Of a stretch of 64,000 bases of DNA, positions 1 through 11,816 are shown in pieces; positions within the stretch are counted from its first letter, which is position 1; each line of letters begins with the position of its first letter. The notes under the pieces are model-generated. The model had not been told where the DNA came from, searched no databases, and saw nothing but the letters and a program-made list of their open reading frames with translations. The DNA lies in assembly GCF_050320075.1 (NCBI RefSeq), contig NZ_CP190018.1. The stretch is one strand, 5' to 3'. The translations under genes were made by a program, and so were the position numbers. The DNA comes from Escherichia coli (GTDB taxonomy: Bacteria > Pseudomonadota > Gammaproteobacteria > Enterobacterales > Enterobacteriaceae).

Positions 1-955
1 CCTCGATAAAGGTCGTGGTCCGGTTGCTACCGTTCTGGTACGTGAAGGTACTCTGCACAAGGGCGATATCGTTCTGTGTGGCTTCGAATACGGTCGTGTT
101 CGTGCGATGCGTAACGAACTGGGTCAGGAAGTGCTGGAAGCGGGTCCGTCCATTCCGGTGGAAATCCTCGGCCTGTCCGGCGTTCCGGCTGCGGGTGATG
201 AAGTTACCGTTGTACGTGACGAGAAGAAAGCGCGTGAAGTTGCACTCTATCGTCAGGGTAAATTCCGCGAAGTTAAACTGGCGCGTCAGCAGAAATCTAA
301 ACTCGAGAACATGTTCGCCAACATGACCGAAGGCGAAGTTCACGAAGTGAATATCGTCCTGAAGGCAGACGTACAGGGTTCTGTGGAAGCTATCTCCGAC
401 TCCTTGCTGAAACTGTCTACTGACGAAGTTAAAGTGAAGATCATCGGTTCTGGCGTAGGTGGTATCACCGAAACCGACGCTACCCTGGCTGCGGCGTCCA
501 ACGCCATCCTGGTTGGCTTCAACGTACGTGCTGATGCCTCTGCACGTAAAGTAATTGAAGCGGAAAGCCTGGATCTGCGTTACTACTCCGTCATCTATAA
601 CCTGATCGACGAAGTGAAAGCGGCAATGAGCGGTATGCTGTCTCCGGAACTGAAACAACAGATTATCGGTCTGGCGGAAGTTCGTGACGTGTTCAAATCA
701 CCGAAATTTGGTGCCATCGCAGGCTGTATGGTTACCGAAGGTGTGGTTAAACGTCACAACCCGATCCGCGTTCTGCGCGACAACGTGGTTATCTACGAAG
801 GCGAGCTGGAGTCCCTGCGCCGCTTCAAAGATGACGTTAACGAAGTCCGTAACGGTATGGAATGTGGTATCGGCGTTAAGAACTACAACGATGTCCGCAC
901 TGGCGATGTGATCGAAGTATTCGAGATCATCGAAATCCAACGTACCATCGCTTAA
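1..955 (+). CDS. infB: Translation initiation factor IF-2, C-terminal part (5' end lies outside the window)
   Basis: Open frame runs from the window edge to a stop at 953-955; followed by rbfA-truB-rpsO-pnp in the conserved operon order. Confidence 0.9.
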
Positions 956-965
956 GGTTGTCTGG

Positions 966-1045
966 GTTGTAGGCCGGATAAGGCTTTTACGCCGCATCCG
1001 GCAGCCGTGGCCTGATATGACGCTCGCGCGTCTTATCAGGCCAAC
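966..1045. repeat. REP/BIME-type palindromic element between infB and rbfA
   Basis: Motif gccggataaggc...gccgcatccggc plus an inverted partner, typical of REP sequences. Confidence 0.55.
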
Positions 1046-1077
1046 GTGAACAGCCCTTCCACCTGAAATTAATTTTT

Positions 1078-1102
1078 AAAAAGGGGCTATGGCCCCTTTT
1101 TT
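1078..1102 (+). terminator. Hairpin plus T-run (intrinsic terminator/attenuator-like) upstream of rbfA
   Basis: aaaaaggggctatggcccctttttt: GC stem followed by T-run. Confidence 0.5.
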
Positions 1103-1118
1103 GTCAGGAGAATTTATT

Positions 1119-1520
1119 ATGGCGAAAGAATTTGGTCGCCCGCAGCGCGTAGCGCAGGAAATGCAAAAAGAGATCGCTCTCATCCTGCAGCGTGAAATTA
1201 AAGATCCTCGTCTGGGCATGATGACCACCGTTTCCGGTGTCGAAATGTCTCGCGACCTGGCGTATGCCAAAGTATATGTAACGTTCCTCAACGACAAAGA
1301 TGAAGACGCGGTTAAAGCGGGCATCAAAGCGTTGCAGGAAGCTTCTGGTTTCATCCGCAGCCTGCTGGGGAAAGCGATGCGCCTGCGTATCGTGCCGGAA
1401 CTGACCTTCTTCTACGACAACTCGCTGGTTGAAGGGATGCGTATGTCAAACCTGGTGACCAGCGTGGTCAAACATGACGAAGAACGTCGTGTTAACCCGG
1501 ACGACAGCAAGGAGGACTAA
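1119..1520 (+). CDS. rbfA: Ribosome-binding factor A
   Basis: ORF translation from [23 protein letters not shown]; 133 aa from this ATG; stop overlaps truB start. Confidence 0.93.
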
Positions 1521-2464
1521 TGAGTCGTCCTCGTCGTCGCGGTCGCGACATTAACGGCGTTTTGTTGCTGGATAAACCTCAGGGTATGTCCAGCAACGAT
1601 GCGCTGCAAAAAGTGAAACGGATTTATAACGCCAACCGTGCCGGGCATACCGGTGCGCTGGACCCGCTGGCGACCGGCATGTTGCCGATTTGCCTCGGGG
1701 AAGCGACGAAGTTTTCCCAGTATCTGCTGGACTCCGACAAACGCTATCGGGTGATTGCGCGTCTTGGACAGCGTACCGATACGTCTGACGCCGATGGACA
1801 AATCGTTGAAGAACGTCCGGTAACCTTTAGCGCAGAGCAACTGGCGGCGGCACTGGATACTTTCCGTGGCGATATCGAACAGATCCCATCGATGTATTCA
1901 GCACTGAAATACCAGGGCAAAAAACTGTACGAATATGCGCGTCAGGGCATTGAAGTACCGCGTGAAGCGCGCCCGATTACCGTTTATGAATTGCTGTTTA
2001 TTCGCCACGAAGGCAATGAGCTGGAGCTGGAAATTCACTGCTCAAAAGGCACTTATATCCGCACCATCATTGATGACCTGGGTGAAAAACTCGGTTGTGG
2101 CGCGCATGTTATTTACCTGCGTCGTCTGGCGGTAAGTAAATATCCGGTTGAACGGATGGTGACCCTGGAACATCTGCGTGAACTGGTTGAACAAGCCGAA
2201 CAGCAGGATATTCCAGCCGCGGAGTTACTTGATCCATTACTGATGCCAATGGACAGTCCAGCTTCGGACTACCCGGTGGTGAATCTTCCGTTAACGTCTT
2301 CTGTTTACTTCAAAAATGGTAACCCGGTTCGTACATCCGGTGCGCCGCTGGAAGGACTGGTTCGCGTTACAGAAGGTGAGAACGGCAAGTTTATCGGTAT
2401 GGGCGAAATTGACGATGAAGGCCGCGTCGCGCCTCGTCGCCTGGTGGTTGAATACCCGGCGTAA
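1520..2464 (+). CDS. truB: tRNA pseudouridine-55 synthase
   Basis: 314-aa ORF; [12 protein letters not shown] motif region; conserved position. Confidence 0.93.
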
Positions 2465-2516
2465 TGTTAACCGTCTTGCGATAACAGGTCGCTACGAGTA
2501 GAATACTGCCGCTTAA

Positions 2517-2882
<366 letters not shown>

Positions 2883-2897
2883 TTCTTGCGAGTTTCA

Positions 2898-2926
2898 GAA
2901 AAGGGGGCCTGAGTGGCCCCTTTTTT
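2898..2926 (+). terminator. rpsO intrinsic terminator
   Basis: aaaagggggcctgagtggcccctttttt: near-perfect GC hairpin plus T-run immediately after rpsO stop. Confidence 0.8.
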
Positions 2927-3128
2927 CAAGCTGACGGCAGCAATTCACTGGAAACTAATGTATTGTTGCTATGAATGATCTTCCGTTGCAGAGGTTCGCG
3001 CGGCTAATGAGAGGCTTTACCCACATTGGGCTGGGTTAGGGTTGTCATTAGTCGCGAGGATGCGCAGAAGATCGGGTATTAACACCAGTGCCGTAAGGTA
3101 CTGTCTAAGAAAGAGAAAGGATATTACA
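2927..3128 (+). promoter_or_regulatory. pnp promoter/leader region (RNase III-processed autoregulatory leader by established knowledge)
   Basis: About 200 nt untranslated region upstream of pnp with a TTG start; position-based call, motif not verified. Confidence 0.45.
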
Positions 3129-5264
3129 TTGCTTAATCCGATCGTTCGTAAATTCCAGTACGGTCAACACACCGTGACTCTGGAAACCGGCATGATGGCT
3201 CGTCAGGCTACTGCTGCTGTTATGGTTAGCATGGATGACACCGCGGTATTTGTTACCGTTGTTGGCCAGAAAAAAGCCAAACCAGGTCAGGACTTCTTCC
3301 CACTGACCGTTAACTATCAGGAGCGTACCTACGCTGCTGGTCGTATCCCGGGTAGCTTCTTCCGTCGTGAAGGCCGCCCAAGCGAAGGCGAAACCCTGAT
3401 CGCGCGTCTGATTGACCGCCCGATTCGCCCGCTGTTCCCGGAAGGCTTCGTCAACGAAGTTCAGGTTATCGCCACCGTGGTTTCTGTTAACCCGCAGGTT
3501 AACCCGGATATCGTCGCGATGATTGGTGCTTCCGCAGCACTGTCTCTGTCTGGTATTCCGTTCAATGGTCCGATTGGTGCTGCCCGCGTAGGTTACATCA
3601 ATGACCAGTACGTACTGAACCCGACTCAGGACGAGCTGAAAGAGAGCAAACTGGATCTGGTTGTTGCGGGTACTGAAGCCGCTGTACTGATGGTTGAATC
3701 TGAAGCTGAACTGCTGAGCGAAGACCAGATGCTGGGCGCAGTAGTGTTCGGTCATGAACAACAGCAGGTTGTTATTCAGAACATCAATGAACTGGTGAAA
3801 GAAGCCGGCAAACCGCGTTGGGACTGGCAGCCGGAGCCGGTAAACGAAGCGCTGAACGCGCGCGTTGCTGCACTGGCTGAAGCTCGTCTGAGCGATGCTT
3901 ACCGCATCACCGACAAACAAGAGCGTTATGCGCAGGTTGATGTCATCAAATCTGAAACCATCGCGACGCTGCTTGCTGAAGATGAAACCCTGGACGAAAA
4001 CGAACTGGGTGAAATTCTGCACGCTATCGAGAAAAACGTTGTTCGTAGCCGCGTACTGGCAGGCGAACCGCGTATCGACGGTCGTGAAAAAGATATGATT
4101 CGTGGTCTGGATGTGCGTACTGGCGTGCTGCCGCGTACTCACGGTTCTGCGCTGTTTACCCGTGGTGAAACTCAGGCGCTGGTTACCGCAACGCTGGGTA
4201 CTGCACGTGACGCGCAGGTTCTTGATGAACTGATGGGCGAACGTACTGACACCTTCCTGTTCCACTACAACTTCCCTCCGTACTCCGTAGGCGAAACCGG
4301 CATGGTCGGTTCTCCGAAGCGTCGTGAAATTGGTCACGGTCGTCTGGCGAAGCGCGGCGTGCTGGCAGTCATGCCGGATATGGACAAATTCCCGTACACC
4401 GTACGTGTGGTGTCTGAAATCACCGAATCCAACGGTTCTTCTTCTATGGCTTCCGTGTGCGGCGCGTCTCTGGCGCTGATGGACGCAGGTGTGCCGATCA
4501 AAGCTGCTGTTGCGGGTATCGCAATGGGTCTGGTGAAAGAAGGCGACAACTACGTTGTACTGTCTGACATTTTGGGCGACGAAGATCACCTGGGCGATAT
4601 GGACTTCAAAGTTGCGGGTTCCCGCGACGGTATTTCTGCATTGCAGATGGATATCAAAATTGAAGGTATCACCAAAGAGATCATGCAGGTTGCACTGAAC
4701 CAGGCTAAAGGTGCGCGTCTGCATATCCTGGGCGTAATGGAACAGGCGATCAACGCGCCACGTGGCGATATCTCTGAGTTCGCTCCGCGTATCCATACCA
4801 TCAAGATCAACCCGGACAAGATCAAAGACGTTATCGGTAAAGGCGGCTCTGTTATCCGTGCCCTGACCGAAGAAACTGGCACCACTATCGAAATCGAAGA
4901 TGACGGTACTGTGAAGATCGCAGCGACCGACGGCGAGAAAGCGAAACATGCTATTCGTCGTATCGAAGAGATCACTGCAGAAATCGAAGTGGGCCGCGTC
5001 TACAATGGTAAAGTGACCCGTATCGTTGACTTTGGCGCATTTGTTGCCATCGGCGGCGGTAAAGAAGGTCTGGTACACATCTCTCAGATCGCTGACAAAC
5101 GCGTTGAGAAAGTGACCGATTACCTGCAGATGGGTCAGGAAGTACCGGTGAAAGTTCTGGAAGTTGATCGCCAGGGCCGTATCCGTCTGAGCATTAAAGA
5201 AGCGACTGAGCAGTCTCAACCTGCTGCAGCACCGGAAGCTCCGGCTGCTGAACAGGGCGAGTAA
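3129..5264 (+). CDS. pnp: Polynucleotide phosphorylase (PNPase), TTG start
   Basis: ORF translation [21 protein letters not shown]...; 711 aa from TTG at 3129; C-terminal KH/S1 region. Confidence 0.93.
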   Translation: MLNPIVRKFQYGQHTVTLETGMMARQATAAVMVSMDDTAVFVTVVGQKKAKPGQDFFPLTVNYQERTYAAGRIPGSFFRREGRPSEGETLIARLIDRPIRPLFPEGFVNEVQVIATVVSVNPQVNPDIVAMIGASAALSLSGIPFNGPIGAARVGYINDQYVLNPTQDELKESKLDLVVAGTEAAVLMVESEAELLSEDQMLGAVVFGHEQQQVVIQNINELVKEAGKPRWDWQPEPVNEALNARVAALAEARLSDAYRITDKQERYAQVDVIKSETIATLLAEDETLDENELGEILHAIEKNVVRSRVLAGEPRIDGREKDMIRGLDVRTGVLPRTHGSALFTRGETQALVTATLGTARDAQVLDELMGERTDTFLFHYNFPPYSVGETGMVGSPKRREIGHGRLAKRGVLAVMPDMDKFPYTVRVVSEITESNGSSSMASVCGASLALMDAGVPIKAAVAGIAMGLVKEGDNYVVLSDILGDEDHLGDMDFKVAGSRDGISALQMDIKIEGITKEIMQVALNQAKGARLHILGVMEQAINAPRGDISEFAPRIHTIKINPDKIKDVIGKGGSVIRALTEETGTTIEIEDDGTVKIAATDGEKAKHAIRRIEEITAEIEVGRVYNGKVTRIVDFGAFVAIGGGKEGLVHISQIADKRVEKVTDYLQMGQEVPVKVLEVDRQGRIRLSIKEATEQSQPAAAPEAPAAEQGE

Positions 5265-5275
5265 GGTTGCCATTT

Positions 5276-5301
5276 GCCCTCCGCTGCGGCGGGGGGCTTT
5301 T
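5276..5301 (+). terminator. Putative pnp terminator hairpin
   Basis: GC-rich imperfect hairpin gccctccgctgcggcggggggc followed by tttt. Confidence 0.45.
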
Positions 5302-5372
5302 AACCGGGCAGGACGCCTTGTTAGCAACCGGGAACAGGACGTTCATTCAACCGTGGTCTTCGGGAGTGGGAA

Positions 5373-6257
5373 ATGAAGCCTTTTTTGCGCTGGTGTTTCG
5401 TTGCGACAGCACTTACGCTTGCAGGATGCAGTAATACTTCCTGGCGTAAAAGTGAAGTCCTCGCGGTACCATTGCAACCGACTTTACAGCAGGAAGTGAT
5501 TCTGGCACGTATGGAACAAATCCTTGCCAGTCGGGCTTTAACCGATGACGAACGCGCACAGCTTTTATATGAGCGCGGAGTGTTGTATGATAGTCTCGGT
5601 CTGAGGGCATTAGCGCGTAACGATTTTTCGCAAGCGCTGGCAATCCGACCGGATATGTCTGAAGTATTCAATTACTTAGGCATATATTTAACGCAGGCAG
5701 GCAATTTTGATGCTGCCTATGAAGCGTTTGATTCTGTACTTGAGCTTGATCCAACTTACAACTACGCGCACTTGAATCGCGGGATCGCATTATATTACGG
5801 CGGTCGTGACAAGTTAGCGCAAGATGATCTGCTGGCGTTTTATCAAGACGATCCCAATGATCCTTTCCGTAGTCTGTGGCTTTATCTCGCCGAGCAGAAG
5901 CTCGATGAGAAGCAGGCTAAAGAAGTGTTGAAACAGCACTTCGAAAAATCGGATAAGGAACAGTGGGGATGGAACATTGTCGAGTTCTACCTGGGCAACA
6001 TTAGCGAACAAACGTTAATGGAAAGGCTCAAGGCGGACGCAACGGATAACACCTCGCTCGCTGAGCATCTCAGTGAAACCAACTTCTATTTAGGTAAGTA
6101 CTACCTAAGTCTGGGGGATTTGGACAGCGCCACGGCACTGTTCAAACTGGCGGTTGCCAACAACGTTCATAACTTTGTTGAGCACCGATACGCATTGTTG
6201 GAATTATCGCTCCTGGGCCAGGACCAAGATGACCTGGCAGAATCGGACCAGCAATAG
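5373..6257 (+). CDS. nlpI: Lipoprotein NlpI (TPR-repeat outer-membrane lipoprotein)
   Basis: 294-aa ORF; lipobox LTLAGCS near N-terminus. Confidence 0.92.
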   Translation: MKPFLRWCFVATALTLAGCSNTSWRKSEVLAVPLQPTLQQEVILARMEQILASRALTDDERAQLLYERGVLYDSLGLRALARNDFSQALAIRPDMSEVFNYLGIYLTQAGNFDAAYEAFDSVLELDPTYNYAHLNRGIALYYGGRDKLAQDDLLAFYQDDPNDPFRSLWLYLAEQKLDEKQAKEVLKQHFEKSDKEQWGWNIVEFYLGNISEQTLMERLKADATDNTSLAEHLSETNFYLGKYYLSLGDLDSATALFKLAVANNVHNFVEHRYALLELSLLGQDQDDLAESDQQ

Positions 6258-6363
6258 CTGACGTACACATCAGCCCGTAATCTTTTTTGATTGCCATCAC
6301 CTTAACGGGTGAGGGCGTTGTTGTTCGTTAATACACCTACTTTGAGCCGGTTCACACTTTTCA

Positions 6364-6444
6364 ATGAAAATTGCTGATCAATTTCATGATGAGTTATGTA
6401 GACTGGCCGCCATTAATTTTGAGGCACACGTACTACATGGCTGA
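6364..6444 (+). CDS. yrbN: Small protein YrbN (26 aa) upstream of and overlapping the deaD start
   Basis: Hand translation: ATG at 6364 gives [26 protein letters not shown], stop TGA 6442-6444; below the 60-aa ORF-track cutoff. Confidence 0.5.
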
Positions 6445-8326
6445 ATTCGAAACCACTTTTGCAGATCTGGGCCTGAAGGCTCCTATCCTTGAAGCCCTTA
6501 ACGATCTGGGTTACGAAAAACCATCTCCAATTCAGGCAGAGTGTATTCCACATCTGCTGAATGGCCGCGACGTTCTGGGTATGGCCCAGACGGGGAGCGG
6601 AAAAACTGCAGCATTCTCTTTACCTCTGCTGCAGAATCTTGATCCTGAGCTGAAAGCACCACAGATTCTGGTGCTGGCACCGACCCGCGAACTGGCGGTA
6701 CAGGTTGCTGAGGCAATGACGGATTTCTCTAAACACATGCGCGGCGTAAACGTGGTTGCCCTGTACGGCGGCCAGCGTTATGACGTGCAATTACGCGCCC
6801 TGCGTCAGGGGCCGCAGATCGTTGTCGGTACTCCGGGCCGTCTGCTGGATCACCTGAAACGTGGCACTCTGGACCTTTCTAAACTGAGCGGTCTGGTTCT
6901 GGATGAAGCTGACGAAATGCTGCGCATGGGCTTCATCGAAGACGTTGAAACTATTATGGCGCAGATCCCGGAAGGTCATCAGACCGCTCTGTTCTCTGCA
7001 ACCATGCCGGAAGCGATTCGTCGCATTACCCGCCGCTTTATGAAAGAGCCGCAGGAAGTGCGCATTCAGTCCAGCGTGACTACCCGTCCTGACATCAGCC
7101 AGAGCTACTGGACTGTTTGGGGTATGCGTAAAAACGAAGCACTGGTACGTTTCCTGGAAGCGGAAGATTTTGATGCGGCGATTATCTTCGTTCGTACCAA
7201 AAACGCGACTCTGGAAGTGGCAGAAGCTCTTGAGCGTAACGGCTACAATAGCGCCGCGCTGAACGGTGACATGAACCAGGCGCTGCGTGAGCAGACACTG
7301 GAACGACTGAAAGATGGTCGTCTGGACATCCTGATTGCGACCGACGTTGCGGCCCGTGGCCTGGACGTTGAGCGTATCAGCCTGGTAGTTAACTACGATA
7401 TCCCGATGGATTCTGAGTCTTACGTTCACCGTATCGGTCGTACTGGTCGTGCGGGCCGTGCTGGCCGTGCGCTGCTGTTCGTTGAGAACCGTGAGCGTCG
7501 TCTGCTGCGTAACATTGAACGCACCATGAAGCTGACCATTCCGGAAGTTGAACTGCCGAACGCAGAACTGCTGGGCAAACGTCGTCTGGAAAAATTCGCC
7601 GCTAAAGTACAGCAGCAGCTGGAAAGCAGCGATCTGGATCAATACCGTGCACTGCTGAGCAAAATTCAGCCGACTGCAGAAGGTGAAGAGCTGGATCTCG
7701 AAACTCTGGCCGCCGCACTGCTGAAAATGGCACAGGGTGAACGTACTCTGATTGTTCCGCCAGATGCGCCGATGCGTCCGAAACGTGAATTCCGTGACCG
7801 TGATGACCGTGGTCCGCGCGATCGTAACGACCGTGGCCCGCGTGGCGACCGTGAAGATCGTCCGCGTCGTGAACGTCGTGATGTTGGTGACATGCAGCTG
7901 TACCGCATTGAAGTGGGCCGCGATGATGGTGTTGAAGTTCGTCATATCGTTGGCGCGATTGCTAACGAAGGCGACATCAGCAGCCGTTACATCGGTAACA
8001 TCAAGCTGTTTGCTTCTCACTCCACCATCGAACTGCCGAAAGGTATGCCGGGTGAAGTGCTGCAACACTTTACGCGCACTCGCATTCTCAACAAGCCGAT
8101 GAACATGCAGTTACTGGGCGATGCACAGCCGCATACTGGCGGTGAGCGTCGTGGCGGTGGTCGTGGTTTCGGTGGCGAACGTCGTGAAGGCGGTCGTAAC
8201 TTCAGCGGTGAACGCCGTGAAGGTGGTCGTGGTGATGGTCGTCGTTTTAGCGGCGAACGTCGTGAAGGCCGCGCTCCGCGTCGTGATGACTCTACCGGTC
8301 GTCGTCGTTTCGGTGGTGATGCGTAA
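6437..8326 (+). CDS. deaD: Cold-shock DEAD-box ATP-dependent RNA helicase
   Basis: Start [21 protein letters not shown]; Q-motif, [25 protein letters not shown] motifs; RG-rich C-terminal tail; 629 aa. Confidence 0.93.
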
Positions 8327-8344
8327 TCATCGCTAAACAGCGAA

Positions 8345-8479
8345 CACAATCTGTAAAATAATATATACAGCCCCGATTTTTACCATCGGGGCTTTTTTTC
8401 TGTCTTTTGTACTCGTGTACTGGTACAGTGCAATGCATAACAACGCAGTCGCACTATTTTTCACTGGAGAGAAGCCCTC
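8345..8479 (+). promoter_or_regulatory. mtr promoter region with TyrR-box-like (tgtaaa-N6-tataca) and TrpR-operator-like (gtactcgtgtactggtac) motifs
   Basis: Motifs seen in sequence; mtr regulation by TrpR/TyrR is established knowledge. Confidence 0.4.
8369..8399 (+). terminator. deaD intrinsic terminator
   Basis: cagccccgatttttaccatcggggcttttttt: hairpin plus T-run. Confidence 0.7.
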
Positions 8480-9724
8480 ATGGCAACACTAACCACCACC
8501 CAAACGTCACCGTCGCTGCTTGGCGGCGTGGTGATCATCGGCGGCACCATTATTGGCGCAGGGATGTTTTCTCTGCCTGTGGTCATGTCCGGGGCGTGGT
8601 TCTTCTGGTCAATGGCGGCGCTGATCTTTACCTGGTTCTGTATGCTGCATTCCGGCTTGATGATTCTGGAAGCTAACCTGAATTACCGAATCGGTTCGAG
8701 CTTTGACACCATCACCAAAGATTTGCTGGGCAAAGGCTGGAACGTGGTCAACGGCATTTCCATTGCCTTTGTGCTTTATATCCTGACCTATGCCTATATT
8801 TCTGCCAGCGGTTCGATTCTGCATCATACCTTCGCAGAGATGTCATTGAACGTCCCGGCACGGGCAGCGGGTTTTGGTTTTGCACTGCTGGTGGCGTTTG
8901 TGGTGTGGTTGAGCACTAAAGCCGTCAGCCGCATGACGGCGATTGTGCTGGGGGCGAAAGTCATTACCTTCTTCCTCACCTTCGGTAGCCTACTGGGGCA
9001 TGTGCAGCCTGCGACATTGTTCAACGTCGCCGAAAGCAATGCGTCTTATGCACCGTATCTGTTGATGACCCTGCCGTTCTGTCTGGCGTCGTTTGGTTAT
9101 CACGGTAACGTGCCAAGCCTGATGAAGTATTACGGCAAAGATCCGAAAACCATCGTGAAATGCCTGGTGTACGGTACGCTGATGGCACTGGCGCTGTATA
9201 CCATCTGGTTGCTGGCGACGATGGGCAACATCCCTCGTCCTGAGTTTATTGGCATTGCCGAGAAGGGTGGTAATATTGATGTGCTGGTACAGGCATTAAG
9301 CGGCGTGCTGAACAGCCGTAGCCTGGATCTTCTGCTGGTCGTGTTCTCAAACTTTGCGGTAGCGAGTTCGTTCCTTGGCGTAACGCTGGGTTTGTTTGAC
9401 TATCTGGCAGATCTGTTTGGTTTCGACGACTCGGCTATGGGCCGTTTGAAAACAGCGTTGCTGACCTTTGCCCCGCCTGTTGTGGGTGGCCTGCTGTTTC
9501 CTAACGGATTCCTGTACGCCATTGGTTATGCTGGCTTAGCGGCTACCATCTGGGCGGCAATTGTTCCGGCGCTGTTGGCCCGCGCATCGCGTAAACGCTT
9601 TGGTAGCCCGAAATTCCGCGTCTGGGGCGGCAAGCCGATGATTATGCTGATTCTGGTATTTGGCGTTGGCAACGCACTGGTCCATATCTTATCGAGCTTT
9701 AATTTGCTGCCGGTGTATCAGTAA
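8480..9724 (+). CDS. mtr: Tryptophan-specific permease
   Basis: 414-aa polytopic membrane ORF at the conserved position; recognised as Mtr. Confidence 0.88.
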   Translation: MATLTTTQTSPSLLGGVVIIGGTIIGAGMFSLPVVMSGAWFFWSMAALIFTWFCMLHSGLMILEANLNYRIGSSFDTITKDLLGKGWNVVNGISIAFVLYILTYAYISASGSILHHTFAEMSLNVPARAAGFGFALLVAFVVWLSTKAVSRMTAIVLGAKVITFFLTFGSLLGHVQPATLFNVAESNASYAPYLLMTLPFCLASFGYHGNVPSLMKYYGKDPKTIVKCLVYGTLMALALYTIWLLATMGNIPRPEFIGIAEKGGNIDVLVQALSGVLNSRSLDLLLVVFSNFAVASSFLGVTLGLFDYLADLFGFDDSAMGRLKTALLTFAPPVVGGLLFPNGFLYAIGYAGLAATIWAAIVPALLARASRKRFGSPKFRVWGGKPMIMLILVFGVGNALVHILSSFNLLPVYQ

Positions 9725-9729
9725 TCAGC

Positions 9730-9835
9730 GGTGCCTTATCCGACATTTCTGCTGCCTACACAATGCCTGATGCGCTTCGCTTATCAGGTCTACGTAGGAC
9801 AGCGTTGCCATCTCGGATAAGGCTTCCCGCGTTAA
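9730..9835. repeat. REP-like palindromic elements between mtr and yhbW
   Basis: gcgcttcgcttatcaggtctacg and cggataaggcttcccgcg motifs. Confidence 0.45.
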
Positions 9836-9841
9836 GACACA

Positions 9842-10849
9842 CTATCCCAACAACTCTTCCTTAACATCCATCGCCAGTTCAAACGAATGCAGGCGTGCCT
9901 GGTGATCGAAAATCTGCCCGTTAACCATAATCTCATCGGCGTCGGTTTCGCGCAGGATCGACTGCAAGCCATGACGCACTTTCGCTTTATCGCCTACCAA
10001 CGACATACTCAGCGCCTGCTGCACGCCATACTGCTCAGACGGTGACCAGAACTGATCCATATTTTGAATCGGTGGCGGTAGTTGTCCGGTTTCGCCACGG
10101 CGTAGTTTCACAAAGGCTTGCTGCATTGAGGTAAACAGAAATTCAGCGTCGCGGTTGCTGTCGGCAGCGATAATATTGATGCACACCATCGCGTATGGTT
10201 TTTCCAGCCGAGCCGACGGTTTGAAGTTACTGCGATAAAGATGCAGCGCCTGGAACAACATATCCGGCGCGAAGTGTGAGGCAAACGCAAACGGCAGACC
10301 AAGCTGCGCCGCCAGTTGCGCGCTGTAAAGGCTGGAGCCTAACAACCACACGGGGATTTTCTCGCCATAGCCTGGTACCGGGCGCACATGCGGATTGGGA
10401 TCGCGGGCGTCAAACCAGTCCACCAGCTCCGCGACATCGCGGGGGAAATTATCAATATCCCCGCTCATATGACGACGTAGAGCCATCATGGTTCGCTGGT
10501 CACTACCCGGAGCACGACCCAGCCCCAAATCGATTCGCCCCGGATAGAGCGTATTGAGCGTGCCGAACTGTTCGGCAATGACCAACGGTGAGTGGTTAGG
10601 CAACATCACGCCGCCAGACCCCAGATGCAGCGTGGTGGTATTCGCCGCCAGATAGCCAATCAATACCGACGTGGCAGCACTGGCAATGCCAGTCATATTG
10701 TGGTGTTCTGCCAGCCAGTAGCGATGATAGCCGCGCTTTTCAGCCAGACGGGCGAGATCGAGAGAGTGGGAGAATGCTTCTCGCGCTGAAGAACCTTCGG
10801 GGATGGGGGCCAGATCGAGTAGCGAAAACGGAATGGTTTTATCAGTCAT
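9842..10849 (-). CDS. yhbW: Luciferase-like (flavin-dependent) monooxygenase family protein
   Basis: 335-aa ORF; recognised sequence and position. Confidence 0.85.
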   Translation of the reverse strand: MTDKTIPFSLLDLAPIPEGSSAREAFSHSLDLARLAEKRGYHRYWLAEHHNMTGIASAATSVLIGYLAANTTTLHLGSGGVMLPNHSPLVIAEQFGTLNTLYPGRIDLGLGRAPGSDQRTMMALRRHMSGDIDNFPRDVAELVDWFDARDPNPHVRPVPGYGEKIPVWLLGSSLYSAQLAAQLGLPFAFASHFAPDMLFQALHLYRSNFKPSARLEKPYAMVCINIIAADSNRDAEFLFTSMQQAFVKLRRGETGQLPPPIQNMDQFWSPSEQYGVQQALSMSLVGDKAKVRHGLQSILRETDADEIMVNGQIFDHQARLHSFELAMDVKEELLG

Positions 10850-10929
10850 AACAGCTCACTTTGTTACCGATTAATCTTTAATACTGCATTAAAGAGTAGT
10901 TAAAGTTGTTAACAAAGTGAGCTATATAC

Positions 10930-11808
10930 TTACGCTTGCAGCTCCAGCCCGGCCAGCCGCCGCCAGTAGCCGTTACAATCGCTGTTTGCCGTCAACGGCA
11001 GTGGTGCAGCGCCATTTTCATTGGCGCGGAAGGCGTCGAGCATTGCGAAAGTGTCAGTACCCTGCGGTGACAGGCGGACCACATCGACCAGCCCCTGCAT
11101 GGATGTCAGCTCGTTACCGAGGTTGTAAACGTAGCCGCTCATGGTCTGAATGCCATTGAGTACAAACACTTGTTGGTTTTCCTGCGATAGCACGTTGCGC
11201 CCGTTCGGATACTTAATGCAGCAGGTTTCACACTCATCTTTCGGGCGGTCTTCCGAACGCGCGGTAAAGCAGCGGGCGGAGTAGGCCAGCGGCAGATGAC
11301 CGTAGCTCAGGACTTCCACTTCAAACTGGTTGCGAATGCCCAGCTCATCGCACTGATTAAGCAGATTCACCAACCAGTCGCGGGAAAGCTCCACCGGCAT
11401 ACACCAGCGCATCATGCCCTGTTTGAGCAATATTTTCAGTGTCACCGCGTTGTAGCAGTTCAGCGCGTGCCCGGCGACGAACGGCAGTTTGCGTTCAGCG
11501 CACATATTCACCACGCCGAGATCGCTGGCTTCAATCAGAAACTCACCGTTCTCAACATAGCGTTTCAGTTCGCCCAGTTCAGAGGATGCCTGCACCAGCG
11601 CCAGCGTGGAGAGCACAATCTGCTTACCACTTCCGGCGAGTGATTTTGCCATCTCCAGCCAGTCGCCAACTTTGGTTGCCCGACGCTTGCTGCATACCGC
11701 TTCACCAAGATAAATCACGTCGGCGCTGCTGGCGGCGGCCTGCTGATAAAATTCTTCCAGCGTCTCTTTTGGCCAGTACCACAGCACTGGCCCTAAGGAA
11801 TATTTCAT
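10930..11808 (-). CDS. ubiV: U32-family peptidase-like protein, O2-independent ubiquinone biosynthesis
   Basis: ORF 10930..11826; start placed at internal MKYSLGPVLWYWPKE (292 aa) from recalled length. Confidence 0.8.
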   Translation of the reverse strand: MKYSLGPVLWYWPKETLEEFYQQAAASSADVIYLGEAVCSKRRATKVGDWLEMAKSLAGSGKQIVLSTLALVQASSELGELKRYVENGEFLIEASDLGVVNMCAERKLPFVAGHALNCYNAVTLKILLKQGMMRWCMPVELSRDWLVNLLNQCDELGIRNQFEVEVLSYGHLPLAYSARCFTARSEDRPKDECETCCIKYPNGRNVLSQENQQVFVLNGIQTMSGYVYNLGNELTSMQGLVDVVRLSPQGTDTFAMLDAFRANENGAAPLPLTANSDCNGYWRRLAGLELQA

Positions 11809-11816
11809 TGCTTTTC

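Noticed and set aside
15-326. 103-aa plus-strand ORF at the window start
   Set aside because: Alternate frame within infB; the IF-2 frame is the one that continues to 955.
3105-5327. 740-aa ORF on the minus strand spanning the whole of pnp
   Set aside because: Antisense to a well-supported, highly conserved gene (PNPase); its protein is low-complexity with no recognisable domains, so it is a frame artefact.
6791-8068. 425-aa minus-strand ORF, plus the Pro/Arg-rich ORF 8017..8349 and the 7752..8102 and 8121..8336 ORFs
   Set aside because: Antisense or alternate-frame readings of deaD, especially its RG-rich repeat tail; low-complexity translations.
8100-8330. Short-period DNA repeats considered as a possible CRISPR array or VNTR
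   Set aside because: The repeats are in frame within deaD and encode RG-rich peptide repeats; there is no repeat-spacer architecture, and no CRISPR array occurs anywhere in the window.
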